This document shows positions 38,899 through 51,135 of a DNA stretch of 64,000 bases, piece by piece. The position numbers and the translations under genes are program-made. The stretch is taken from positions 112,594,001 to 112,658,000 of the forward strand of contig NC_086097.1 in assembly GCF_963921235.1 (NCBI RefSeq). Reading direction: 5' to 3'. Position 1 is the stretch's first letter. Each line of letters starts with the position of its first letter. The DNA comes from Mobula hypostoma (Eukaryota). Under the pieces are notes generated by a model, which saw nothing but the letters and a program-made list of their open reading frames with translations, had not been told where the DNA came from and searched no databases.

Positions 38899-39204
38899 AA
38901 TAAAATAAAGTCCCCGCTCCTTCCTCCCACCCACCCTCACACTCAGACTGTCCTCCAACCTTAGGACAGGCCTCCAGTCTCCAGGCTTCAGCCGTTGAGC
39001 TTCAACTTGCTGGACTTCTGATTGACCTTTGGGTTCCAAAATTCAGTATCAACCCCAGGACTAGCCAGTGATAGGGCCCCGAACTCCTCACATGCTGAAT
39101 GACCAGCCCTCGTGCCTCCTTGTGCCTCCTGCTTGCATAGACATCCAACTTGGGACCCACCAAACTAGGGCAGCCTGACACCTACGGATGTCCTTTGTCA
39201 CCCA

Positions 39205-39398
39205 TCCACATCGCTGGCCTTCAAGCATGGAACCGAGGCCTATGCTGCACATGACCTTTATCACCCTCCACATCGCTGGCCTTCAAGCATGGAACCGAGG
39301 CCTATGCTGCACATGACCTTTATCACCCTCCACATCGCTGGCCTTCAAGCATGGAACCGAGGCCTATGCTGCACATGACCTTTATCACCCTCCACATC
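39205..39398. repeat. Tandem repeat, ~3.1 x 62 bp, apparently perfect
   Basis: Units start at 39205, 39267, 39329; partial unit at 39391. Confidence 0.97.
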
Positions 39399-40785
39399 AC
39401 TGAAGATCGAATGTGGAGCAGGAGTGGAGGCCTGACCACTAGCTCACCACATCTCTGTCCCTAAAGCCTAACCTGACCTTTAAGTTCCCCATTTCACTGT
39501 CCCTAAACCCTCATCCGACCTTTATGTTGCCAACACCATCCCTATGAACTTAGTCTGAGCCCCAAACTCAATGGAGCCCACAGACTGCACCATTTTGAGA
39601 GTAAAAAAACAAGCCCTATGCATGAAATTGTTTGAGAGTTCTTTGACAACTAGCTGAACTGCATCTTCGGTTTAGTTGGTTGTCAACACTTTCAAAATAG
39701 TTGAATGTTTCTGTATGTTATGGGACTATTTAAAGCAATTAAATAGACTCAGGCTCATATGTCTATTTAAATGTCGCATCTCCGTAATTTTCGATCCCTG
39801 GGTTCTTTTAGGAGTTCAAGAATGAGTGGAAAGTTGAATTCCTTATGATCTTTTACTTAAAGCTTAAACAAAGGACAGATACTAAGCAGACAAACTAACA
39901 GTGATACAAAGCAGATGAGAGATGATCAATTAAAGATATTTAATATATTGAATAGATTCAATATGATGCTTTTGAAAAGTCTATCATATTTATACTCAAG
40001 GTAACAGGAATTCCTCAGATAGAGATAAGACAAATGGCAGCAGCATTTCAAGATGGTGGCTCACCAACCCCTACCCGAGAGCATGTGGGGAAAAGCAATA
40101 AATGTTGGCTTCATCAGCAATGTCCATATCTCAAAAGTAAATACAAATAAGCAAAAATAATACAAAGTTAACATGCATTATAAGATAAATTACTTACTTT
40201 GGGCTTTTGCAGCTATTCATTCCTCTTCATTCAAATGGAAAAATAAACTATCTATTCAGTGTCTAACCTCGTACAAGGTTTTCAGCTGGATTCTCCATGT
40301 AAGTACCAGAATAATACCTTTACTTCACTGGTGAATCTAATTGTGAGCCTGAAATGGCTGGCAAAGAGCAGCTAGCAAGTGTTCATATATGTCCAAGTAG
40401 GAATCCCTATCATTTTGGCACCTATGCATGGGATTTTTGGAATACTCTGCAAAATTTAGGCCAGTACTATACACACCTGCTTAAATAGACCGCAATATTT
40501 AATAGTTATTAAAAAAAATAAGGTAGAGGGAGACTTTATTTGTTTTGCACCTCCTACCCAAACACTGATTTTTAAAAAATATGTTTAATCCATTCAGTCA
40601 ATGGCTTCAAGTACTCCAGATCCTTATGGTTTTCATTTAAATTTATTTAAATTCAGTGATGAAGAATCAAGGGAACATACCTTCAATTTGTTGACATGTG
40701 CACGTTCACAAAATTGTTCTCTTAAACAATCTGAATTTAAGTGCTAGAGTTTGGAACCATTTTATATCAAATAAGAACTACTCAC

Positions 40786-40909
40786 CCAATAGGCCTGGAA
40801 ACCAGCAGTTCTACTTGTGGCTCAGGTTTAGATTCGAAAATGATGTTATACACCTCTTCAAAGGTAGCTCCTTGTAATGATCTACCATTCCATTCAAGTA
40901 CTTCATCAC
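40786..40909 (-). CDS. RIMS2: RIMS2 exon (124 nt): DEVLEWNGRSLQGATFEEVYNIIFESKPEPQVELLVSRPI(G), end of PDZ
   Basis: tttttag|GTGATG...CCTATTGG|gtgagt; phase 1/2. Confidence 0.96.
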
Positions 40910-41554
40910 CTAAAAACATCACAATAATGCAGGTGTGGATGGAAGCATTAACAGACAAAGAACAATTTGAAAAATTACTTTATTTTGTTTAGTTTATTTG
41001 ACTGGCTTTGGCACAGTATTTTCTAAAACAAGGAGTACTTGTCAGGTTTCATAAAAATGAAAAGGTTAACCAACTGACTGATCAAAAATTGTAACCAATT
41101 TAATATCTTTCCTAGAATCAACTTATCTTATTACATCATATCAAGAGGAAACAAATGATTATTTGCATCTTTCCAATTTGTACAATTTTCTCTCTTGAAA
41201 ATAATATTGCACAAGCAATGGTCAATCATAGGTACAATCATAGTTATTAATCTGACTGATTTCATTGTTTTGACACTTGAACTTGGATTTTTCAAAACAC
41301 TCTTAGTCAAAAGCAGAAGTTGGAAGAAGAACATCATAAAATCAAGGGGTGCTTTATTTTGCCACAATCTTTTCACTTATCAAACTCCTACACACCATTT
41401 GTATCATCTATGTTTAATTCATATGTATAAGGAGACACTTCAGAGATTTATGCTGGTAGGAGTTTGACTGTGAAATAGCAATCCAAGTAACATGTAGGCA
41501 GCAATAAAAGAAAGACAAGAAATAAGAGAAATTAAATCTTTTTATTAAAGGTAC

Positions 41555-41654
41555 CTGCTCTAAGATGCCCCACAGTGTCTGCTAAACTCCCCTTCTTCAC
41601 CTTGGTAATGAATGCACATAATCTGCCAGATTCAGTCATCTTTCCACCTACAAC
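41555..41654 (-). CDS. RIMS2: RIMS2 exon (100 nt): VVGGKMTESGRLCAFITKVKKGSLADTVGHLRA(G), PDZ
   Basis: ggaacag|GTTGTA...AGAGCAG|gtacct; phase 0/1. Confidence 0.96.
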
Positions 41655-42077
41655 CTGTTCCAAAAAAAAAGTCAAAGAGAAAGAACATTATTATATCAAA
41701 TAGTCCACTTAACAGTAAATTCATGTAAAAGTATTTTTACCGAATCAGTACACCTTGCCCATTTCAAATCATTTCTGGTTGAATAACTAAGAAATTGAGA
41801 ATAATCATAATTTGGGCATTGTTTGGATACAAACCTCATATTTTTTTGTTTTCGTTAATTCCTTGCCTTTGCCTTTTTCACTTGCTCAGACATGAGTAGA
41901 GCTAACCACTCTCTGCTATTGATAATTGACAAACTTTGCATCTTAATATGGATCATCAATACTGTTTTCTGCTATGTGTAGAATTATATCACAATTTTTC
42001 AACAGATTGAAAGAGATTAAGATTTTAAAGTGCAATTTGGAAATCGTGTCTGCTATTATTACTATTGTGGTATAAAG

Positions 42078-42566
42078 CAGTAGTTCTCAAACATCTTCTG
42101 TTCATGGCCCGCTTGTGACTTTCACCTACCTGTGTGACTCCTTCCATTTACCTCTGTGAATAATGATTTGTGCATGGTCAGACAGGGACACAGATAACGA
42201 CTGATGTGCCACACCATCCTTATTCTCCCCCACACCACACACACACATCGACTGAGTTGTTTTGCTGTCTCATTTGCAGCATCTGCATATTTTCCCATTC
42301 ATTTCATTCAGGGCTCCGATTACATTACATATAATTCATTTCTTTTTTATTTATATAGTTTAATGATATTTTATTAAAATGGTATATGTATCATGGCCCA
42401 TTCAGAAACCCCTGTGGCTCCCAGTTTCATAAGAACATAAGAACATGAGAAATAGTTGCAGGAGTAGACCATCCGGCCCATCGAGCCTGCCCTGCCATTC
42501 AATAAGATCATGTTTTCTACTTGTAGCCCCTATAAAATCCAGCATGGCCCCTGTTGAGACCTTCTG
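42078..42566. mobile_element. Probable non-autonomous hAT element with a nested short CR1 3' end (~42428-42512, minus)
   Basis: Ends CAGTAGTTCTCAA / TTGAGACCTTCTG; 8-bp flanks GTATAAAG / ATATATAG; (CATAAGAA)n CR1 tail inside. Confidence 0.55.
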
Positions 42567-42849
42567 ATATATAGCATGGAAGGAGGCCCTTCAGCCCTAC
42601 TCTTCCATGCTGATCAGGTTGTCTTCCAGGGCTGGTCCCATTTCTCCACATTTGGCCTATATCCCTCTAATCCCTTCCAAATGTCTTGTAATTGTACCCA
42701 CCTTCAACACTTCCTCTGGCAGCTCACTGGAAATTGGAAATCCACTGAAAATCCCAGTATAATTCTTTTGGCTACAGGTAACACTGTCAGAACATGATTT
42801 CCCAGTGTCAAGTAACAGTTTCAGAGTAATTTCAGTACACTGTAAAGTA

Positions 42850-43402
42850 CACCCAGTGGCCACTTCATTAGGTACACCTTCTCATTGATGCAAATATTTA
42901 ATCAGCCAATCATGTAGCAGCAATTCAATGTATAAAAGTTTGCAGATGTGGTCAAGATGTTCAGTTATTGTTCAGAACAAACAGTAGAATATGGAATAAA
43001 TGTGATCTAAGTGACTTTGACCGTGGAATGATTGTTGGTGCCAGACAGGAGTATCTCAGAAACTGCTGATCTCCTAGGATTTTCATGTGCAACAGTCTTA
43101 AGAGTTTACAGAGAGTGGTGTGAGGAACAAAAAATAAATCCAGTGAGCAGCTGTTCTGCGAGCAAAAATGCCCTGTTAATGAGAGAGGTCAGAGGAATTG
43201 GGCATACTGGATGAAGTTGATAGGAAAGCGACAATAACTCATACAACCAGACATTACAACAATGGTGTGCAGAAGAGCATCTCTGAATGCACCACACTTC
43301 AAATGCTGAAGTGGATGGGCTACAGTAGCAGAAGACGACAAACATACAGTCAGTGGCCACTTTATTAGACACAGGAGGTACCTGATAAATTTCCACAGAG
43401 TG
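42850..43402 (+). mobile_element. Internally deleted Tc1-type element keeping only the DNA-binding-domain region
   Basis: TA flanks; TIR CAC.CAGTGGCCACTT.ATTAGGTAC; CDLSDFDRGMIVGAR..SISETADLLGFS..RVYREW. Confidence 0.85.
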
Positions 43403-43845
43403 TATGTGTCGCTGAGGAGATTTTAAATGAACTTTTTATGCCAACAATGAGACAGTCATTTGCTTTTCTTCTTGGGGCTGACTAGTTGTGATGAAATACT
43501 TCACTTTCCTAGAATCTGTCCCTTCATAGGCTGTAGATTTTAATGATTTGAGTCAAGAATTTATAACCGAGAAAATTCACCAGAAAATCTAATTAATAAC
43601 ACTGCAGTTGTAAGTTTTTTATTGCACTTGTGCATATATGTACTCATGCATATGACAATAAAGTTGAATTTGGTTTTGACAACTATTTCACTACAACTTC
43701 AATGGCAAGCAGAGCTCAGCTATTTTGGAGGGCTCTATTTGCTACCATCACACCAGTACTCTTTCCTTCTCAATGGCATGGACTTGAGCCTATTTATTCC
43801 TGAAGAAATACATAGGTTCGGAGGTACAGTAGCATGTCAATGTAA

Positions 43846-44415
43846 TGTAACACCCTGGGAAAGGTTTCACTGTTAACATAATGGTCTTTCTGTAGAAGCA
43901 GTGTTTGGGTTATGTTTAGAGATAACAGGTTCTTTGGAGCGTGAGCCGCCCAATAAAGGGAGTGTGTTTTTTGTGTCGTGTGCCTGACACTGGGGTGAGC
44001 TGGGTCTTTTGTTCAGCGGGAGATGCAGGGAGAAGATGCCAGAGAGAAGAGGCCGTAGAACTCGACCCGGAGTGGGGTCATGATAAGACGAAGCCCGTGG
44101 AGATTGATGGAGGATTGGCGAAAGGGAAACCGTGAGCTCCAACTTGTGCACATTAGACTGTTTCATTAAAATGCGCCTTTCTTTTGTTTTTTCTTGACTA
44201 ACTCTTTAGTCAGATTAAGAATTATAAAGCTAAATCATTTAATTGTATGCGGTGTACTGTTCGTTATGTCATGGTGCTGATTTGTAACAGGGTAACGAAC
44301 CACACAGCACCCACACAACTGGGGGGAGGGGGGTTCTGGTGGGCTTGCACCTTAATCTCCTACGTTTGGCGGGGTCGGAGAATGTTTCCCTAGACGACTG
44401 AATCAGAGTGTTTCA
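43846..44415 (+). mobile_element. Probable LTR (solo) of a second family
   Basis: TGTAACAC...GTGTTTCA inverted ends; 4-bp flanks GTAA / GTGA; CpG-rich relative to surroundings. Confidence 0.55.
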
Positions 44416-45429
44416 GTGATGATTAGCAATATGAGAAACATATTTAGAAGTACCACTGAGGTAGGAAAGGAGGAATGAATTAGCTCTGGAAAAGTAACTC
44501 AGTAAAGGAAATAGAAAGTTGTAAGGAAGCAGGATAAACAGTAGAAATGTTAGTGAAGTACAACTGAAATCAGCACGGAAGAGAAATAGATGAAGTGCAA
44601 CAAAAGCAAAAACACAATCATTTATAAACATGAGAAAGTCTGCAGATGCTGAAAATCTAAAGCAACATAAACAAAATGCTGGAGGAACTCAGCAGGTCAG
44701 GCAGTATCCATGAAAATGAATAAACAATGAATGTTTGAAAGATTTAGGAGTTACTGGGAAAGGTAAGCAGAGGCCTTTAGGAAAAGAAGGATGGGAAAAG
44801 GGAAAACATGATCAGCAGGAAGGGAAGGTCATTCCTAAAAAATGGATGGATAGAATGACATGAAATAATTTGAATAGGACCCATCCAGATTTTCAAATTT
44901 GGGGTTCTTGAACCCCGCTTTAAAAGCAGGGATTCCTTAGGGGATTTGAAAGAGGCAGGGTATAACTTGCATTAAGAGGACACCTCAATGGGAAGCAAAA
45001 ACAGAACAAGATCTAGCAAAATACTAAAGGATGAGAAAGAAATTATCACCAAAATTTGAGATTACAGCTATCAATTCTCCCATGATGACAGAAGAGCTTA
45101 TTTAATTTTACTTTAAAAGTGGTGGAGAGACATATTGTTCTTCATAGGCAGTCACTCAAAGTTTTGTAAGTTCTGAATTGATAGAGCAGGTCACTGTAGA
45201 AACCACAGAATCTTCCAAGGATGGAGAAGGAGAGCTTGATAGAATAGAAGTGATGTGTTCCTTCTGCATGGACTTGGGGTTCTAGGTACCAGTGGATCAG
45301 AGATTCAGTGGGGATGTGGAAAATTTCAAGGAGGCTACAAAGCCATCCTTAAATCTTTTTTTTTGTCTTCCTGGTAATCTTGGTGCTTGGAAGAGAGTAT
45401 CTGCTTTGGGAGTAGAGCATCACAAGAAC

Positions 45430-46250
45430 ACAAGGGTACAAAATATGAGGAGCAGGGCTGGGCCACTTGGCCTTTCAAGCCTGTTCCACCATTTATTATG
45501 GTCATGGCTAATTCATGCCTCGGTCTCAGTTCCCCTTATCCCTGAATTCTTTAATATTTTTCAAATATTTATGTACCTACAGTATATCTTAAACATATCT
45601 GATTATCTGGTCTCCACCATCCTCTGGGGCAGAGAATTCCAGTCATTCACTACCCTCTAAGAAAATAAATACCGCACACCTCATTTTCATCTTGTAGCCA
45701 TGTGCCTTTGTTTGTTACTCTCTCACCAGTGGAAACAGCAGAACATCTCCCTCGTCAAGCCCCGTTGGGATGTCATATGTTTGAATAAGATCACCCTTCA
45801 ATCTTTTAAACTCCAAGTATTACAAACATGAACTGTCTAACCTCTCTTGATTGGACAACCCTCTCATTCCAAGAATTAGAATAGTGAACCTCCTTTGGAT
45901 TGCTTCCAATGCTACTATTCTTTTTTAGGGAAGGAGACCAAAACAGTGCACAGTATTCCACGTGTGGTCTCACCAACACCCTGTACAACTGGAACAAAAT
46001 TGCCCTATTCTTAAACTTTGCAATTGAGACTGACTTGCTATTTGCCTTCTTACTTATTGGATTTGCCTGCTAACTTATTTCTATTCATGTTAGTAAACCT
46101 AGATCCCTCTGAATACACTCATTTACAGTCACTTACTATCTCCGCATTTTGTAATAACATGGTTTTGAATCCTCTTAGCAAAGTTCATAGTCTCACACTT
46201 CCCCACATTGAACTCCACTTGCCAGGGATTCTCCCATTCACTCAATCAAA
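45430..46250 (-). mobile_element. Decayed CR1 LINE 3' fragment
   Basis: FQLYRVLVRPHVEYCALFWSPSLKK. Confidence 0.85.
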
Positions 46251-46592
46251 CCTGCTAATAGATCTATTGTAAAAGCAATTCTGACCTCAGTGTTGGCCAG
46301 GATGAAGACTGTGACATTGGTTTATTTCTGCTTATGATTTTGAAGGACTTTATGGGAACGGCATTGGTGGCATTTTTCCAGTAGTTTGAAATGCCTGCTG
46401 CAGGTAGATGAGGCGGGCAAAGCAGATAGGAGGGCAAGAATTACGGCTACCCGGTAGATCATGAATTATAGAAGCAAGGTTTGAGATCTTCACCTTCAGG
46501 TATCATTTTCTTCAGTTAACCAAAGGCTGTGCTGGTCCAGGGATGGCAAAGGTCTGTTTCATCATCAAGATCTGTCTTCACTGGGAGATGCT

Positions 46593-46690
46593 ACACACAC
46601 AAAATGCTGGAAGAACTCAGCAGGATATGCAGCATCTATGAAAAAAACTACAGTCAACGTTTCGGGCCGAGACACTTCAGTAGGACTGAG
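46593..46690 (-). mobile_element. Penelope-type short insert with mutated hammerhead core
   Basis: Minus strand CAGTC-CTACTGA...CCC-GAAAC-GTT-GACTG. Confidence 0.7.
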
Positions 46691-47589
46691 AGGTTTACTG
46701 AGGGATGACTTTCTTTCCAGGGGTCTCACTATTAACCTTTATTGTCCTGTGACTTGGACAGGTTTGTGAATGAACTTCACCTTGTGTATAATATGTATAA
46801 GTCTATCCTCTCATATGCTTCACAGAATGAGATACCAATAGGTTGGAGCTTAGTTCCGAGCACATGTAAATACAAGCAAAATCTGCATATGGCAGGCCAT
46901 CTTGTAATCAAGGCCACCTACAATAAAGGAGGCATCCTACTGTGGTCATTATAGACTGGTCCCCTGCTGTCTGCCAGAGGGAACTATGTCAGAACATTCC
47001 TTCCTAACTACTCTTTCCCAGTTGCCAAAAATAATGTACCAAAACAAGATCACACAAACTTCAGTACATTCATAAGTAAATTAGATACAGTTTATGAACT
47101 AATATGTCTTTTTAAATAATAAGGCTTATCAGATTTGTAGGGACTCCTCATTCAGTTATGTTTAATGTCATTGAGGGTACACCCCAATTATAGAAGCAAC
47201 TAAGCACTTTTTAAGAATTCTATCTAAAAAGGAAATATCTTCACCCTTTGATAAACTAGCGAAAAAATATTTGCAGATGATGGTGTTTGTTGCAGAGAAT
47301 ATGTAAGGCACGGAGCTCAGTGATATTCACACCGCTGGAGGCTGGCAGCTGAAAATTGCTGCAGTACATGCATTGTACATTAACCTGTGACTATGCAACC
47401 AGTTATTGGCAGTATGACAGTTACAAACTGCCCTCGGTGCTGCTTCTTACCCTTCTGCAGATGGCTGGTGTTCTATAGACTAGCCTGTATTACTGAGAAA
47501 CAGACTCTACATCTTCAAGAGAAGATATACTGGCAGTGTTGGCGGAGACATCTTATGACCTAGAAGATATTCAAGAATGCCAGCACAGG

Positions 47590-47680
47590 GAGCAGAGCTG
47601 TCTCCACAGTTTCAGACTCTGCAGTAGAGGCCTTGGTTGAGGAGTTGCAAACTAGCAGAGATGTTCTTGTTCCGTGAACC
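47590..47680 (+). pseudogene. Possible remnant of a Harbinger-type Myb/SANT-like ORF
   Basis: Translates SDSAVEALVEELQTSRDVLVP*, resembling the FS..EL..LV.EV..R..VL start of such proteins; short and decayed. Confidence 0.35.
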
Positions 47681-49849
47681 AATTGGGAAGGACAACTTTG
47701 ACAGAGTAACAGCTGTGAAGACCTGATGCAAAGCTGTAAATATTGAATGATCTCAAAGGTGTGCTCAAGGCGTTGTCACAACAGGAGAATCATCCAATAA
47801 CATGCACAATACTGCCCAGCCCTTTTGTTACAAAAAGCAACACCCTGAATGATTGTCCTTCTTCCCCTCCCCATACTTCCTAGTCTGCCTTCTTCCCCCT
47901 TCCTTTCAAGGCCTTTTGGATAATGAGGAAAGAAACCAAAAGGTTGCAGCAGCATATAGATCAAGTAGAAAGTTTAGAGAAGCATTGTGGAATCAGTATC
48001 AAGTGATACATCTTGGAGGATCTCAGCCCAAAATGTCAATTGTTTATTTCCTTCCATTGATGCTGCCTGACCTGCTGAGTTCCTCTAGCATTTTGTGTGT
48101 ATTGCTCTGGATTTCCAGCATCTGCAGAAACTCTTTTATTTATGTTTGAAAGAGCACTCATACTGAAAAATCGCAACCTCTACTATCCACTGCAAAGCAC
48201 TCTGGAACCTGACCATTCTCTCTCCTATTTGACTTCCCGAGATTGTGCATCCGTATTTCATGCCCAGTGTGAGTTCTCTCCATTTGTCCATTCTGACTGT
48301 CGCAAGAGCACAGAAACATGAGTCAATGATTTGCAATTTCAGTTCACACTCAATAGAGGTTTTTCCGGTGATCTGCTGTACCTCAATAAATTCAAAAAAT
48401 CCCTATTGTTCTCTAAATATCAGAATGAGAGATTAATATAACAAATGTAGAAGCTATATTGCTTCACCATGTAGTATTCTGCACATCCGTGGAAAGTGTT
48501 AAAGTAATTGAAATGGATCATCATATTGATGCGATACAATTAAATGCACACTATTGTTTTTTACTTCTTGAGATTGCCTTTCAGCTAAAATGGATTGACC
48601 AACTACTACAATGGAGCGTTATGTCATTCTTCCGAAGTGCTACCAGACCACTGCTGCATAGTTGAAAACTTTCACTCTGGAGGATAGCAAATTAATGCAA
48701 ATGATGCTGAAATCTGCTCAAAACCTCAATGTTAGCTACTGTAGTCCATTATGGATGGTTACAGGTGTGATACATTTTCTCAGTGTTACTGAGAAGATTG
48801 AGGTGATAAAATGCCATTGGGTCCATTGTGTGCCTTCTCCACAGCCAATGTAACCCTTTCTTGGTTCCACATAGAACCCTGCATGAGGTTGCAGCTGGAA
48901 TCCTCCATGCCTTAGGTCCCAGCAGATTCAGGAACAGTTATCACCCTTCAAACATTAGGCTCCCGAATCAGTCTAAGTTCACTCACCTCAACTCTGAACT
49001 GATTCCACAACCTACAGACTCACTTTTAAAGACTCTACAACTCATGTTCTGAGGATTATGTATGTATTTTCTTGTTTACTTGTTAGTTATCTGTATTTGC
49101 AGTCTGTCTTCATTTGCACATTGGTTGTTTGTCAGTGTTTATTTGGGTTTAATTTTTCATTTATTCTATGGTATTGATTCTACTGTGAATGCCTGCAAGG
49201 CAATGAATCCTAGGATAGTATATGGCGACCTACACATACTTTGATAATAAATTTACTTTGAACATTTGAGAATCTTCAGCTTGCAGTCTCCAAAATGAGG
49301 TTCACGCTCCCTGGTTCCCTTGCCTCTCTCTCTCAGCTTTGGCATACATTGAAGTGGAGGACTGATATGCAAATAACTGCATGAATTTTCAGGAAGAAAT
49401 ATTGGCATCCAAACTACTTCTCCCTTGTAGAAGTGTGCAGACAGAAATAACGTTTGCTCTATCTGAAACTGTGATCCTAATACATTGAGAAGAATAGGTG
49501 TAATAATGTCATGTCACTTCAAATACAGACTTAATTAACTCCAGGTGTGCAAGTCAAAGGAGCAGGTTGGAGTCAAAGTGAACATTATAAAAATGCTCCA
49601 CATTTATATAGAGCTTTATTTAATGTCCTAAAACAATTGCTAGTCATTGAAATATTTATGAGGTAAGTTTCTTACAATGGAACAGCCAATTTACATGTGG
49701 CAAGATCCCACTAACAAAGATTAACTTAATTCTCATATGTACATCAAAACATACAGTGAAATGCATAACTTGTATCAAATCAAATCAGCTGGGCAGCCCA
49801 CAAATGGGAAAATGACCAGATTATCAGTGTAAGTAAACTAAAGTCACAA

Positions 49850-50660
49850 AAATTGCAGCTTCTGGATTTTTGAAATAAAAACAGGAATTGCCAGAAACAC
49901 TCAGCAAGCCAGGCAATGTCTGTCAATAGAGTAACAGAATTGATGCTTCAGGGCAAAGACTTGCCATACCCTCCTCATCAGCATTGGGATGAGAGAAAGG
50001 AAGCTAGTTTTAAATTGCAGAGAATGTTGGGAAGGGGTGGGTAGGACAACAAGAGGTAAGACTGGACTTGCTATGGGGATAAGTCTTAGATTCATCTAGC
50101 TGACAGGTTAATGGAGGCATGTAAATAGAGAGAGAGAGAGAAAGTAAACAAAATCATTAAGAAAGTTATAATTCAGACATAGGGGTGTAAAATCTGTGCA
50201 AAGCTGTGGATATACGCAGGGGGTCAGGATGTGCGAATAGAGGCAAAGAAAGTAAACTCATCCAAGATCACAGGTGGTTGACTGAATGCAGGAAAGGCCA
50301 GTTCTAACATAGACATGGTAAGCAAGTTACCCAAAGTTGTACGGTCTGCGTCTGAAAGGTTGCAAGGTAACCAAAGGGTTTGGTTCTTCAGACCTCTGTT
50401 GGGCTTCATTGTATCAGCGTAGGATGCCACAGATGGGTCAGAGAGGGAGTGGGATGGAGGATTATAGTGTCAGGCAACAGGAAGCCCAGGACTGAAGCGC
50501 CCCAGAAAGGAGCCACCCAATCTAATATAGAAGAATATACATTGTGAACACTGAATGTAGTAGACTAGGTTGAAAGAAATGCAAGTTCATCATGCTTAAC
50601 TTGCAAGGTATGTTTGGTTCTTTGGATGTGAGGAGGAGAAGAGATAGAAGGGCCACCATA
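49850..50660 (-). mobile_element. Decayed Penelope-like element (similar to 29430-30700)
   Basis: Shared GGTCAGAG.GGGA.TGG.ATGGAG..TA block and terminal arm. Confidence 0.6.
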
Positions 50661-50674
50661 TTCACTCTGTACTA

Positions 50675-51135
50675 ATAATCAAGTTTCCAAACCTGGGTGT
50701 GTACCTTCCTCTGCAACTGGATTCTTGACTTCTTTATTGGGAGACCACAGTCAATGCTAATAAGTAGTAACATCTCCTTGCTATCAACACAGGTGTATCT
50801 CAGAAACGTTAGCTCAGCCCACTGATCTCCTCTCATTATTCTCATGACCTTGTGGCTAAGAACAACTCAAACACCATCTATAAATTCACAGATGACACCA
50901 CTTTTGTTGTGGAATCTCAAATGGTAACAATTTAGGAACAGCTTTTTCTCATCTGCCATCAAATTTCTGAATGGTCCATGAATCCATGAACACTACTTTG
51001 GATTCTCTTGGATTCTCTCTGTCCTGAAGGTTTGCACTATTTGTTTGTAATTTATAATTTTTTATGTTTTAGAACTGTACTGCCGCAAAAGGAGAGACTT
51101 GATGTAATCTGTCAGTGATAATAATTCTGATTCTT
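50675..51135 (+). mobile_element. Rex1/Babar-type LINE fragment
   Basis: LCNWILDFFIGRPQS and IYKFTDDTT motifs. Confidence 0.75.

Noticed and set aside
39205..39398. CRISPR-like array
   Set aside because: Head-to-tail identical units with no unique spacers, in eukaryotic DNA
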